Shown in pieces: positions 29,504-40,095 of a stretch of 64,000 bases of DNA. Location: positions 3,059-67,058 of the forward strand of contig CADALB010000011.1 of NCBI GenBank assembly GCA_902788755.1. Direction: 5' to 3'. The stretch is from an uncultured Lachnospiraceae bacterium (lineage in GTDB: Bacteria > Bacillota > Clostridia > Lachnospirales > Lachnospiraceae). The translations under genes were made by a program, and so were the position numbers. Below the pieces are notes generated by a model that saw only the letters and a list, made by a program, of their open reading frames with translations, was not told the origin of the DNA and made no database searches. Position 1 is the first letter of the stretch. The number at the start of each line of letters is the position of its first letter.

Positions 29504-31045
29504 TTGGCTAAAGTACTTCTCGAAATGAAAAATATAACCAAAACTTTCCCCGGTGTAAAAGCACTTGATAACGTAAATCTGAAGGTTGAGGAAGGCGAGA
29601 TTCACGCACTGGTAGGTGAAAACGGTGCCGGAAAATCAACACTGATGAATGTTCTTTCCGGAATATATCCGTACGGAACATACGAAGGCGATATCATTTA
29701 CAACGGTGAAGTTTGTAAATTTAATAAGATTAAAGATTCCGAAGAAAAGGGAATCGTTATAATACATCAGGAACTGGCACTTATTCCTTATATGTCGATC
29801 GGCGAGAACATGTTTCTCGGAAACGAAAGAGGTAAAGCAGCGGCGATTGACTGGAATGAAACATATGGCGAGGCAGACAAATATCTGAAAATGGTAGGTC
29901 TTTCCGACAGTTCCAGAACTCTTGTCAAGGAACTCGGCACAGGTAAGCAGCAGCTTGTGGAGATAGCCAAGGCACTTGCAAAGAAAGCAAAGCTTCTGAT
30001 CCTTGACGAGCCCACGTCTTCTCTTAACGAGAAAGATTCAAGAGCACTTCTTGACCTTCTTCTTCGTTTCAAGAAAGAAAACGGGTTAACATCGATTATT
30101 ATATCTCATAAACTTAATGAGGTTTCATATGTGGCAGACAAGATCACGGTTATCCGCGACGGATCCACTATAGAGACTCTTGATAAGGCAACAGAAGAGA
30201 TTTCTGAAGACAGGATCATAAAGGGAATGGTTGGACGTGAGATTACGGACCGTTTCCCGAAGAGACATGACGTCAAGATCGGAGATACGATGCTTGAGGT
30301 CAAGAACTGGAGTGTATATCATCCGCTTTATCCTGAGAAGAAGGTTGTGGATAATGTTTCATTCTATGTAAGAAAAGGTGAAGTAGTCGGAATATATGGA
30401 CTTATGGGAGCAGGACGTACGGAGCTTGCCATGAGTATATTCGGTAAGTCTTACGGTACAGGTATTACAGGTACTATGGCCCTTAACGGAAAGGGAGTCA
30501 ACCTCAAGAATGCCAAGGAAGCCATCAAGAATAAACTGGCATATGTTACCGAAGACCGTAAGGGTAACGGACTTGTTCTTAATAATCCCATCAAGATCAA
30601 TACAACACTTGCGAATCTTGATGCGGTAAGTTCCAAGAGTATCATTGATAAAGATAAAGAGTATCAGGTAGCCGTTGAATACAAGGATAAGCTTAAAACC
30701 AAGACTCCTACCGTTGAGCAGAATGTAGGAAATCTTTCCGGTGGTAACCAGCAGAAAGTCCTTCTTGCTAAGTGGATGTTTGCAGAGCCGGATGTACTTA
30801 TCCTTGATGAGCCTACCCGTGGTATCGATGTCGGTGCCAAGTATGAGATTTATTGCATAATCAATGACCTTGTCAAGGAAGGTAAATCTGTTGTGATGAT
30901 TTCTTCGGAGCTTCCTGAGACAATAGGTATGAGCGACAGGATATATGTCATGAACGAAGGTAAGTTTGTCGGTGAACTGAAACAGGAAGAAGCAAGTCAG
31001 GAATCAATCATGGCTTGTATCATGAGATCGGGAAGGGGTGAGTAA
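29504..31045 (+). CDS. sugar ABC transporter ATP-binding protein (duplicated ABC domains, CUT2 family)
   Basis: TTG start 7 nt after GGAGGG. Walker [10 protein letters not shown] and GLMGAGRTE, signature LSGGNQQK. Confidence 0.9.
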   Translation: MAKVLLEMKNITKTFPGVKALDNVNLKVEEGEIHALVGENGAGKSTLMNVLSGIYPYGTYEGDIIYNGEVCKFNKIKDSEEKGIVIIHQELALIPYMSIGENMFLGNERGKAAAIDWNETYGEADKYLKMVGLSDSSRTLVKELGTGKQQLVEIAKALAKKAKLLILDEPTSSLNEKDSRALLDLLLRFKKENGLTSIIISHKLNEVSYVADKITVIRDGSTIETLDKATEEISEDRIIKGMVGREITDRFPKRHDVKIGDTMLEVKNWSVYHPLYPEKKVVDNVSFYVRKGEVVGIYGLMGAGRTELAMSIFGKSYGTGITGTMALNGKGVNLKNAKEAIKNKLAYVTEDRKGNGLVLNNPIKINTTLANLDAVSSKSIIDKDKEYQVAVEYKDKLKTKTPTVEQNVGNLSGGNQQKVLLAKWMFAEPDVLILDEPTRGIDVGAKYEIYCIINDLVKEGKSVVMISSELPETIGMSDRIYVMNEGKFVGELKQEEASQESIMACIMRSGRGE

Positions 31046-31047
31046 CG

Positions 31048-32229
31048 ATGGCAAATACAAATATTTCAGCTGTATTAAAAAAATATGCAATGGCGATCGT
31101 TCTTGTTCTTGTAATCCTTCTGTTTTATGTTCTGACCAAGAAAGCCATTTTGTATCCTCAAAATATCAACAATCTTTTATCACAGAACGCGTATGTATTC
31201 GTTCTTGCAACAGGTATGTTACTGTGTATCTTAACAGGTGGTAACATCGATCTTGCTGTCGGATCTGTAGTTTGTTTTGTCGGCGCGGTAGGCGGTGTTG
31301 TCCTTGATAAGGATATGAACTTTATAGTGGCATTTATAATCATGATGCTCATAGGACTTGCAATCGGTATGTGGCAGGGATTTTGGATCGCATTCGTAAA
31401 CGTTCCGCCTTTTATAGCTACACTGGCCGGTATGTATGCTTTCCGTGGATTATCGAACGTTGTTCTCGGCGGACAGGCAATAAACCTTTCCAAGATGGAC
31501 GGATTCCTTAAGGCATTCGGTGGAGGTGCTGACTGCTATATTCCGGGTCCGAGTATTAATCTTTTTGGTGCACCTCATAATCTTATCTGTTTGGTTGTAG
31601 GTCTTATCGGTGTTGCAATATTCCTGTTTATGACCATCAGCGGACGTATCAATACAAAGAAGCGTGGTTATGCAACGCCTCCTCTTCTTGGAGATGTTGT
31701 AAAGATGGTTATTATATCTGTTGTAGTTTTATACCTTACGGAGAAACTTGCCGCATACAAAGGAATTCCCACATCTCTCATATGGGTTCTCCTTGTAGTC
31801 ATCGCTTTCGGCTATGTTACACAGAAAACCACCATCGGACGTGACCTTTATGCTGTCGGCGGTAACAAAAAGGCAGCCCAGCTTTCGGGTGTCAATGTCA
31901 AGAAGGTATACTTCTTCGCATATTCACTTATGGGTTTGCTGTCAGGTCTTGCGGGAATTCTTACGATTGCAAGAGCCGCATCAGCACAGCCTACATACGG
32001 ACAGGGTTATGAAATGGATGCCATCGGTGCATGCTTTATCGGTGGAGCAAGTGCATACGGCGGAATCGGTACGGTTCCCGGAGTTATAATCGGTGCTCTT
32101 CTTATGGGTGTCATCAACCAGGGTATGTCAATCTGCGGTGTTGATGCAAACCTCCAGAAGGTTGTTAAGGGACTGGTTCTTCTTGGTGCTGTCATCTTTG
32201 ATGTAGTATCAAAGAAAGAGAAAAAATAA
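31048..32229 (+). CDS. sugar ABC transporter permease (GguB/XylH-like), copy 1
   Basis: Polytopic 393 aa with NAYVFVLATGMLLCILTGGNIDLAVGS typical of CUT2 permeases. Confidence 0.9.
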   Translation: MANTNISAVLKKYAMAIVLVLVILLFYVLTKKAILYPQNINNLLSQNAYVFVLATGMLLCILTGGNIDLAVGSVVCFVGAVGGVVLDKDMNFIVAFIIMMLIGLAIGMWQGFWIAFVNVPPFIATLAGMYAFRGLSNVVLGGQAINLSKMDGFLKAFGGGADCYIPGPSINLFGAPHNLICLVVGLIGVAIFLFMTISGRINTKKRGYATPPLLGDVVKMVIISVVVLYLTEKLAAYKGIPTSLIWVLLVVIAFGYVTQKTTIGRDLYAVGGNKKAAQLSGVNVKKVYFFAYSLMGLLSGLAGILTIARAASAQPTYGQGYEMDAIGACFIGGASAYGGIGTVPGVIIGALLMGVINQGMSICGVDANLQKVVKGLVLLGAVIFDVVSKKEKK

Positions 32230-32247
32230 CAAAGGAAGGATAGAGAA

Positions 32248-33414
32248 ATGGAAAAAGTAGGTAAGATTTTTAAAGAACATACTATGCAGATCATTCTGGT
32301 CCTTGTTGTTATTTTCTTCGCAATTACAACACAGGGAAAGATTCTGTCTGCACTTAACTTTGATGCACTTATTACGCAGAACGCATATGTATTCATTCTG
32401 GCAACAGGTATGTTCATGTGCATGCTTATCAAAGGTAATATCGACCTTTCGGTCGGTGCTACGGTCTGTCTTATAGACGCGATCGGAGCATATATGATGG
32501 TAAATATGGGCTTTTCGGTTCCGGTTGCCATGATTTCAATGGTACTTATCGGATGCATAATCGGTGCCATTCTCGGATGGCTTATCGCTTATCTGAATAT
32601 CCCGCCATGGATCGCAACACTTGGTGGATTCCTTGCTTTCAGAGGACTTGGAACCAAAATTGTTACTATAGCTTCATCGACATCATCAATCTCAATCAAT
32701 GATATAGAGGGATTTAAGAAGCTGTTTAACAGCCATATTCCCAAGAGTTTGTGTCTTCCTATCGGAATAGTGTGCTGTGTAGTATTCATATTCCTTCAGA
32801 TCAGAAGCAGAGCTACAAAGATCAAAAAAGGTTACGAGGCTGAATCAATGGCAGCCCTCATCACAAGATGCGTGATAATAAGTGCCGTTATCCTGCTCTT
32901 TGCATGTAAATACGGCGGAGTATTCGGAGAAAAAGCACTTGGCATGCCTACTGTTCTTGTATGGGTTGCGGTAGTACTTCTTGTATATGATTTTATATCA
33001 AGCAAGACCGTTCTCGGACGTTACTTCTACGCGATGGGCGGTAACATGGAAGCTACGAGACTGTCGGGTATCGACACAAAGCTTGTTCTCTTCTTTGCAT
33101 ACCTTAACATGCAGTTCCTTTCCGTTATAGCCGGCTGGACAAGCCTTGCAAAGCTTTCTACCGCAAACGGATTCATGGGACAAAACTATGAGCTTGATGC
33201 GATCTCCGCATGTATCGTCGGCGGTGTCAGTGCATACGGCGGATCCGGAAGTGTATTCGGAATGGTTGTAGGTGCAGCTCTTATCGGTGTTATCAACCTT
33301 GGTATGTCGATCATGAGCATTGACCCTAACTGGCAGAAGGTTGTTAAAGGAGTAGTTCTTCTTGCGGCAGTTGTATTTGAGATCGTAAACAACCGTCCGA
33401 AGACTAAAGCATAA
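32248..33414 (+). CDS. sugar ABC transporter permease, paralogous copy 2
   Basis: 388 aa, clearly paralogous to the preceding gene (NAYVFILATGMFMCMLIKGNIDLSVGA). Confidence 0.9.
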   Translation: MEKVGKIFKEHTMQIILVLVVIFFAITTQGKILSALNFDALITQNAYVFILATGMFMCMLIKGNIDLSVGATVCLIDAIGAYMMVNMGFSVPVAMISMVLIGCIIGAILGWLIAYLNIPPWIATLGGFLAFRGLGTKIVTIASSTSSISINDIEGFKKLFNSHIPKSLCLPIGIVCCVVFIFLQIRSRATKIKKGYEAESMAALITRCVIISAVILLFACKYGGVFGEKALGMPTVLVWVAVVLLVYDFISSKTVLGRYFYAMGGNMEATRLSGIDTKLVLFFAYLNMQFLSVIAGWTSLAKLSTANGFMGQNYELDAISACIVGGVSAYGGSGSVFGMVVGAALIGVINLGMSIMSIDPNWQKVVKGVVLLAAVVFEIVNNRPKTKA

Positions 33415-33453
33415 AGGGATTAATTGGTTCTCGATAGATCCATTATTATGAGG

Positions 33454-33496
33454 GAGCCCTTCTTTTCCGCGAAAGCGGGATCGAAGGGCTCTTTTT
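33454..33496 (+). terminator. intrinsic terminator after the ABC operon
   Basis: Stem GAGCCCTTC / GAAGGGCTC enclosing an inner CCGCGAAAGCGG hairpin, followed by TTTTT. Confidence 0.75.
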
Positions 33497-33547
33497 ACTG
33501 CTCAAGTCGGTGTTGGCTTGAGCTGAAAGTGTGATAATATATAGTGT

Positions 33548-35425
33548 ATGAACAGAGTGGATTTTGATATAGACGAAGAACTGAATAAACTTCCGAAAAG
33601 TCCGGGTGTCTACATGATGCACGACAAGGATGATGTCATTATCTATGTTGGGAAAGCTGTGATCCTGCGTAACCGCGTAAGGTCTTATTTCCGTGCAAGT
33701 ACAAAAAAGAGCGTCAAGATACAGCAGATGGTCAAGAACATTGCATGGTTCGAATACGTTGTAACGGATTCGGAGCTTGAGGCACTTGTACTTGAGAACA
33801 ATCTTATCAAGGAAAATCAGCCCAAGTACAATACAATGCTCAAGGATGACAAGACCTATCCTTATATCAAGGTCACTCTGGGAGATGATTTTCCGAGGAT
33901 AACGATGTGCCGCAAGGTCATCAAGGATAATGCAAAATACTTCGGCCCCTTTACATCCGGTGAAGCCGTTAGGGAGACTATCGATCTTCTGCGCAGAGTA
34001 TACAAGATAAGAGGCTGCAGGATGAAGATTGAAGACGGTATAGACAATACGGTGCAGGATGGTTTGTCTGCCACAAAAAAGTGCCTGTACTATCATATGG
34101 GTCAGTGCCAGGCTCCCTGCGAGGGCCTTGTAAGCCGGGAGGAATATGCCGAAAACATTGAAAAAGCAGTCGATTTTTTAAACGGTGATTACAAAGCGGT
34201 AACAGGAGAGCTTACCAGGAAAATGCAGGCGGCATCGGATGCCATGGAATATGAGAAAGCCATGGAGTACAGGGATCTCATCGAAAGTGTCAGGAAGGTA
34301 TCCGAGAAGCAGAAGATCACCGATACCGGAGATGAAAACAGGGATATCATAGCGATTGCGGGAGATAGCGAATCCGTTATTGTCCAGATGTTTTTCGTTA
34401 GGGGAGGAAAGATAATCGGCAGAGAGCATTATTATATGCAGCATACGGATGATGAATCATCCGAAGATATACTTGCAGCGTTCCTCATGCAGTTCTATTC
34501 GGGGGCGCCATTTATACCGAAGGAGATACTGCTTTCAGAGGCACCCTCCGGCGCAGAGCTTATAGAAGAGTGGATGAGTTCCCAGAGGGGCTCAAAGGTT
34601 TCGCTGACAGTTCCTCAAAAGGGTAAAAAAGACAAGCTTGTAAAGCTTGCAGAGGAAAATGCGCAAATCAAGCTCAATCAGGATGTGGAGAAGTTAAAAA
34701 GAGACCATGACAGAACGAGAGGGGCTGTTGAGGAGATTGAGAAAATCACGGGACTTTCTGACATTCACCGAATGGAGGCCTACGATATTTCTAACATAAG
34801 CGGATTCGAATCCGTTGGATCAATGGTTGTGTATGAAGACGGGAGACCTAAGCCTAACGAATACAGGAAATTTAAGATCAAGTCGGTAGAAGGCCCCAAT
34901 GATTACGCAAGTATGGAAGAAGTTCTTACAAGAAGATTCGAGCACGGACTTGAAGAGCAGGAAGATGATAGCCTGCCCGGAAAGTTCTCGAAGTTTCCCG
35001 ACCTGATCCTTATGGACGGGGGACGCGGCCAGGTCAATATATGCGAAGAGGTGCTTACTGCTCTCGGACTGGATATTCCGGTATGCGGCATGGTCAAGGA
35101 CGACAACCACAGGACAAGAGGGTTGTATTACAACAATGTGGAGCTGCCGATCTCATCATCATCGGAAGGATTTCACCTGATCACAAGAATTCAGGACGAG
35201 GCTCACAGATTTGCCATAACTTTTCACAGAAAACTGCGAAGCAGGCAGCAGGTACATTCTGTTCTTGATGATATTCCGGGAATCGGTCCCGCGCGGCGAA
35301 AATCACTTATGAAGTCTTTCGAATCCCTTGAAGATATCAGGAATGCTACGGAAGATGAACTGCAGGCCGTGCAAGGATTTAACCGGCAGGCAGCAAAGTC
35401 GGTTTATGATTTTTTCCGAAAATAA
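33548..35425 (+). CDS. uvrC: excinuclease ABC subunit C
   Basis: GIY-YIG motif PGVYMMHDKDDVIIYVGKA, UvrBC-interaction region, C-terminal (HhH)2; 625 aa. Confidence 0.95.
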   Translation: MNRVDFDIDEELNKLPKSPGVYMMHDKDDVIIYVGKAVILRNRVRSYFRASTKKSVKIQQMVKNIAWFEYVVTDSELEALVLENNLIKENQPKYNTMLKDDKTYPYIKVTLGDDFPRITMCRKVIKDNAKYFGPFTSGEAVRETIDLLRRVYKIRGCRMKIEDGIDNTVQDGLSATKKCLYYHMGQCQAPCEGLVSREEYAENIEKAVDFLNGDYKAVTGELTRKMQAASDAMEYEKAMEYRDLIESVRKVSEKQKITDTGDENRDIIAIAGDSESVIVQMFFVRGGKIIGREHYYMQHTDDESSEDILAAFLMQFYSGAPFIPKEILLSEAPSGAELIEEWMSSQRGSKVSLTVPQKGKKDKLVKLAEENAQIKLNQDVEKLKRDHDRTRGAVEEIEKITGLSDIHRMEAYDISNISGFESVGSMVVYEDGRPKPNEYRKFKIKSVEGPNDYASMEEVLTRRFEHGLEEQEDDSLPGKFSKFPDLILMDGGRGQVNICEEVLTALGLDIPVCGMVKDDNHRTRGLYYNNVELPISSSSEGFHLITRIQDEAHRFAITFHRKLRSRQQVHSVLDDIPGIGPARRKSLMKSFESLEDIRNATEDELQAVQGFNRQAAKSVYDFFRK

Positions 35426-35509
35426 AAATGTAAACGATAGTTTATTGAATGGTATTATGATATACTGAAAATTGTGCTGCATCTGTTACGGAATAGATCG
35501 GAGGTGTTT

Positions 35510-36448
35510 ATGTCATCGGTATCTGTTAGTGAATTAATCGACAAATTAAAGCTCGTTAATCTGACGCCCGATATCAATGTTGAGGATATCAAGATCAATC
35601 AGCCTGATATCAACCGTCCTGCGCTTCAGCTGGCAGGGTTTTTGGAGCACTTTGAAACCGGTAGAGTTCAGATAATCGGGTTTGTTGAATATACGTACAT
35701 GAATAAGCTTGATGAAAGCGTGAAGAAAGAGCGTTATGAGCATGTACTTTGCGATGATACACCTTGTTATGTTTTCTGCCGCGATTTGCAGCCGGACGAG
35801 CTTTTCTTAGAGATTGCGAGGGCTCATAATGTTGCGGTTCTGATGTCCCATAAGAGTACATCGAACCTCATGGCGGAGATAATCAGATGGCTCAATGTTA
35901 AGCTGGCTCCCTGCATCTCGGTACACGGCGTGCTTGTTGATGTATACGGCGAGGGTGTGCTGATAACCGGTGAAAGCGGTATCGGTAAGTCTGAGGCAGC
36001 GCTGGAGCTTGTAAAGCGCGGACACAGACTGGTAAGCGATGATGTGGTAGAGATCAGAAAAGTAAGTGATGATACACTTATAGGAACTGCTCCCGACATT
36101 ACCAGACATCTTATTGAGCTAAGAGGCATAGGAATAGTTGATGTTAAGATGCTGTTCGGTGTGTCCTCGGTAAGAGAGACTCAGAGCATAGATCTGGTTA
36201 TAAGGCTTGAAGAGTGGGACAAGGACAAGGATTATGATAGAATAGGCCTTGAGGAGGAGTACACGGAGTATCTTGGTAACAAAGTCGTATGCCACAGCAT
36301 ACCCATAAGGCCCGGACGTAATCTTGCGATTATTACGGAGTCGGCTGCGGTCAACTTCAGACAGAAGAAGATGGGTTACAATGCCGCACAGGAATTGTAT
36401 TCAAGGTTCCAGAATTCACTGAAAACAAGAGAAGAAGAGGAAAACTGA
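35510..36448 (+). CDS. hprK: HPr kinase/phosphorylase
   Basis: GGAGG 5 nt upstream of ATG 35510; the track start GTG 35474 is less likely. Walker A GESGIGKSE, and LIELRGIGIVDV is typical of HprK. Confidence 0.9.
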   Translation: MSSVSVSELIDKLKLVNLTPDINVEDIKINQPDINRPALQLAGFLEHFETGRVQIIGFVEYTYMNKLDESVKKERYEHVLCDDTPCYVFCRDLQPDELFLEIARAHNVAVLMSHKSTSNLMAEIIRWLNVKLAPCISVHGVLVDVYGEGVLITGESGIGKSEAALELVKRGHRLVSDDVVEIRKVSDDTLIGTAPDITRHLIELRGIGIVDVKMLFGVSSVRETQSIDLVIRLEEWDKDKDYDRIGLEEEYTEYLGNKVVCHSIPIRPGRNLAIITESAAVNFRQKKMGYNAAQELYSRFQNSLKTREEEEN

Positions 36449-37401
36449 TGGATAAGAGGGTATTTGGAGTTGATATCGGCGGAACAACCGTCAAGATGGG
36501 GTTGTTTACATCGGAAGGCGACCTGCTTGACAAGTGGGAGATACCTACCAGAACAGAGAATAACGGAAGTAACATTTTGCCGGATATCGCACAGTCCATC
36601 AAGAAGAAGATGGAGGAGAAAAATATACAGATGTCCGATGTTACGGGAGTCGGTGTCAGCGTTCCGGGACCGGTTGATGATAAGGGAATCGTTCATAAAT
36701 GCGTCAATCTCGGATGGGGTGCCTTCGATATTGATGAGGAGATGAGAAAGTATATTGATCTTCCCGTGTTTGCGGGAAATGATGCCAATGCGGCAGCCCT
36801 CGGAGAAGTATGGAAAGGCGGCGGTGGCGGCAAGGAGAACGTTGTCGTTGTTACTCTCGGTACCGGAGTGGGGGGAGGAATAATAGTAAACGGCAGGATA
36901 CTCTCGGGTTCTCACGGTGCCGGTGGTGAGATCGGTCACCTTCACATGAATGATAATGAGACCGAGAAGTGTGGCTGCGGCAATTACGGATGCCTTGAGC
37001 AGTATGCTTCGGCAACGGGAATAGCAAGGCTGGCCAACAGGAAGCTTGCTTCTTGCAGCAAACCTTCCGTTTTAAGAAATGCCAAGTCCATGAATGCTAA
37101 GGTTGTCTTTGATGCGGTCAAGGCCGGAGATGAGATTGCGTGTGAAGTGGCCGAAGAGTTTGGTGAGATACTGGGAAAAGGCCTTGCAAACGTAGCTGAT
37201 GTGATCAATCCGGAACTGTATGTTATCGGAGGAGGAGTCAGCAAGGCGGGACAGATAGTTATCGATTATGTCAAAAAGAACTATAAAAAATATGTGTTCC
37301 ACGGAAGCAGAGGCACCGAATTTACACTTGCTACACTTGGAAACGATGCGGGAATATACGGATCTGCGAAACTTGTGCTCGACGGAGTGAAGCAATCTTG
37401 A
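36448..37401 (+). CDS. glcK: ROK family glucokinase
   Basis: TGATG overlap with hprK. DIGGTTVKMG ATP loop and the CGCGNYGCLEQYAS zinc motif. Confidence 0.85.
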   Translation: MDKRVFGVDIGGTTVKMGLFTSEGDLLDKWEIPTRTENNGSNILPDIAQSIKKKMEEKNIQMSDVTGVGVSVPGPVDDKGIVHKCVNLGWGAFDIDEEMRKYIDLPVFAGNDANAAALGEVWKGGGGGKENVVVVTLGTGVGGGIIVNGRILSGSHGAGGEIGHLHMNDNETEKCGCGNYGCLEQYASATGIARLANRKLASCSKPSVLRNAKSMNAKVVFDAVKAGDEIACEVAEEFGEILGKGLANVADVINPELYVIGGGVSKAGQIVIDYVKKNYKKYVFHGSRGTEFTLATLGNDAGIYGSAKLVLDGVKQS

Positions 37402-38318
37402 GACCTGATATCGCAAATGAATTGAAAAGTGTGACTGCAGAAGGCAATATCAGAACCCGGGAGGATATGGGAAAGCATACGACTTTCAGGACCGGGGGAT
37501 GTGCCGATGTGTTTGTTACACCGCAGAGCATTACGGAGGCGGCAGATATTGTCCGCCTTCTTTTAGCGCGGGAAGCTAAGTACACGGTTATTGGAAACGG
37601 AAGTAACCTGCTTGTTTCCGACAATGGATACAGAGGCTGTATTGTCTGTATGGGTAGTGCTGTGGGAGACATAACGGTTTCCGGTAATGTCATTACGGCC
37701 GGTGCGGGCGCCCTTTTGTCAAAGGTTGCAAATGCAGCGTATGAGAGTGGCCTGACAGGTCTTGAGTTTGCATCGGGAATTCCGGGTACACTGGGCGGAG
37801 CCGTTGTGATGAATGCAGGCGCATACGGCAGTGAGATGAAAGACGTCATAACATCGGTAACAATGCTGGATGCCGGCAACGGTCAGACAGTGATTTTCAC
37901 CGGGGAAGATATGAAGTTCGGATACAGAACCAGCATTGTCAAAAATCATCCATTGATCGTGCTCGAAGCACAGATTACACTTGATGCGGGAAGCAAGGAA
38001 GAGATAAAGGAGAAAATGGATGAACTTGCAAGGCGCCGCAAAGAAAAGCAGCCTCTTGAATTTCCCAGTGCCGGAAGCACATTCAAACGTCCCGAAGGTT
38101 ATTTTGCGGGAAAGCTCATAGAAGATGCCGGGCTTAAAGGCTTCTCGGTAGGAGGAGCTGCGGTTTCCGAAAAGCACTGTGGCTTCGTGGTAAACAAAGG
38201 GGGAGCAACAGCAAGCGATATAATAGAATTGATCAAAAAGGTCAGGCTGACTGTTAATGAAAAATTCGGTGTGCTGCTTGAGCCGGAAGTGGTCATTCTC
38301 GGAGAGGATATTGATTAA
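37398..38318 (+). CDS. murB: UDP-N-acetylenolpyruvoylglucosamine reductase
   Basis: TTG start overlapping the glcK stop. HTTFRTGGCAD, FAD-binding domain, SAGSTFKRPEG block. Confidence 0.9.
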   Translation: MRPDIANELKSVTAEGNIRTREDMGKHTTFRTGGCADVFVTPQSITEAADIVRLLLAREAKYTVIGNGSNLLVSDNGYRGCIVCMGSAVGDITVSGNVITAGAGALLSKVANAAYESGLTGLEFASGIPGTLGGAVVMNAGAYGSEMKDVITSVTMLDAGNGQTVIFTGEDMKFGYRTSIVKNHPLIVLEAQITLDAGSKEEIKEKMDELARRRKEKQPLEFPSAGSTFKRPEGYFAGKLIEDAGLKGFSVGGAAVSEKHCGFVVNKGGATASDIIELIKKVRLTVNEKFGVLLEPEVVILGEDID

Positions 38319-39190
38319 TGAGATTCGTAGTCGTAACCGGACTTAGCGGAGCCGGAAAAAGTACAACACTGAATTTCCTCGAAGATGCGGGATATTACTG
38401 CGTTGATAATATGCCGGTCCAGCTTATTTCGGAATTTGCCAAACTGTTACGTGAGAATGATGAAATAGAGCGGGCTGCACTCGGAATAGATGCAAGGACC
38501 GGATCGGGATTTGACGAGCTTGAGACAGAGCTGGCAAAGCTCAAGGAAATGGATATCTCATATGATATCCTGTTTCTTGAATCCGATGATGCCGTTCTTA
38601 TTAAGAGGTATAAGGAAACAAGAAGGATTCATCCGCTGGCTTTCGGGGACAGGATTGAAACAGGTATCAGTCGAGAAAGAGGGAAGCTCTCCAATATCAA
38701 AAAGCACGCATCACATATAATCGATACATCACAAATGCTTACGCGGGAACTTAAGGCGGAAATCGACAAGATTTTTGTAAATGATATGAATTTCAAGAAT
38801 CTGTATGTGACGATTCTTTCATTCGGGTTCAAATACGGGATCCCGGGTGATGCGGATCTTGTATTTGATGTCAGGTTCCTGCCCAATCCTTATTATCATG
38901 AGAACTTAAGACCTCTTACCGGAAGTGATAAAGAGGTAAGGGATTTTGTCATGAATTTTCCGGAAGCGGATTCATTCCTGGACAAACTTGAAGATATGCT
39001 TACTTTTCTGATTCCGAACTATATTGCCGAGGGGAAAAACCAGCTTGTTGTAGCGATCGGGTGCACCGGAGGAAAGCACAGAAGCGTTACTCTAGCGGAG
39101 GCACTGTTTGAGAGAATGTCAAAGTATGAGGACTATGGATTTAAACTTGACCACAGGGATATGGGCAAAGATGCTGCAAGGGGAAAATAA
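38318..39190 (+). CDS. rapZ: RNase adapter protein RapZ (YvcJ)
   Basis: TAATG overlap with murB. Walker A GLSGAGKST, DVRFLPNPYY, GCTGGKHRSV. Confidence 0.9.
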   Translation: MRFVVVTGLSGAGKSTTLNFLEDAGYYCVDNMPVQLISEFAKLLRENDEIERAALGIDARTGSGFDELETELAKLKEMDISYDILFLESDDAVLIKRYKETRRIHPLAFGDRIETGISRERGKLSNIKKHASHIIDTSQMLTRELKAEIDKIFVNDMNFKNLYVTILSFGFKYGIPGDADLVFDVRFLPNPYYHENLRPLTGSDKEVRDFVMNFPEADSFLDKLEDMLTFLIPNYIAEGKNQLVVAIGCTGGKHRSVTLAEALFERMSKYEDYGFKLDHRDMGKDAARGK

Positions 39191-39192
39191 GG

Positions 39193-40095
39193 ATGTCATT
39201 TTCCGGAAAAATCAAAGATGAATTGGAACGGGTAAGTGGGGTGCCGAGGCACTGCCAGCTTGCAGAGATGGCCGCTATTTATGACTTTTGCGGTAAACAC
39301 TCGGAGGAAGAAGAGGGAAAAATGGTCATTTCTTCCGAAAATGAGCTGGCGGTCAGAAAGTACTTTACTTTACTTGGGAAAACATTTAATATGTATAAGG
39401 ATTATTCGGAGAATGATCCTGCTTACATCAAAAAAGGGTCATATTACATCCTTGAGATTGATGACAGCAAAGAAGCCGGGGAGATCAGATCGGCGATCAG
39501 GGTCACGACAGACTCTATGAGGTCATGCTGCAGAAGAGCATATATAAGAGGCGCATTCCTCGCTGCCGGATCTGTTAGCAATCCCGAAAAGTCATATCAT
39601 TTGGAAATAGTGTGCCAGGATGAGAGACAGGCACTTTTTTTGGCGGAACTTCTGGACAGTTTCGAGATAGAGGCCAAAACCGTAATTCGCAAGAAATACC
39701 ATGTTTTGTACGTTAAGGACGGAACAAAGATAGTCGAAACGCTGAACGTTATGGGTGCGCACGTAGCCCTTATGGACTTTGAGAACATGAGGATACTTAA
39801 AGAGATGCGCAACAGCGTTAACCGGAAGGTAAACTGCGAAACCGCCAACATAGGAAAGACTGTAAACGCTGCACAAAGGCAGATCGAAGATATTAAACAA
39901 CTTATGAAGACGGACGCATACCGCAGCCTGCCGCCTGCACTCAAGGAAATGGCGGATTTGCGTGTTGCGTATCCGGAGGCCACTCTTAAGGAACTCGGAG
40001 AACTAAGTACCCCGGCGATCGGAAAAAGCGGGGTTAATCACAGACTTCGTAAGCTTTCCGGGATGGCAGAGCAGCAAAAAGGAGGAGAATTATGA
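39193..40095 (+). CDS. whiA: DNA-binding protein WhiA
   Basis: LAGLIDADG-like RGAFLAAGS and C-terminal HTH LKELGEL...SGVNHRLRKL; 300 aa, starting 3 nt after rapZ. Confidence 0.9.
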   Translation: MSFSGKIKDELERVSGVPRHCQLAEMAAIYDFCGKHSEEEEGKMVISSENELAVRKYFTLLGKTFNMYKDYSENDPAYIKKGSYYILEIDDSKEAGEIRSAIRVTTDSMRSCCRRAYIRGAFLAAGSVSNPEKSYHLEIVCQDERQALFLAELLDSFEIEAKTVIRKKYHVLYVKDGTKIVETLNVMGAHVALMDFENMRILKEMRNSVNRKVNCETANIGKTVNAAQRQIEDIKQLMKTDAYRSLPPALKEMADLRVAYPEATLKELGELSTPAIGKSGVNHRLRKLSGMAEQQKGGEL

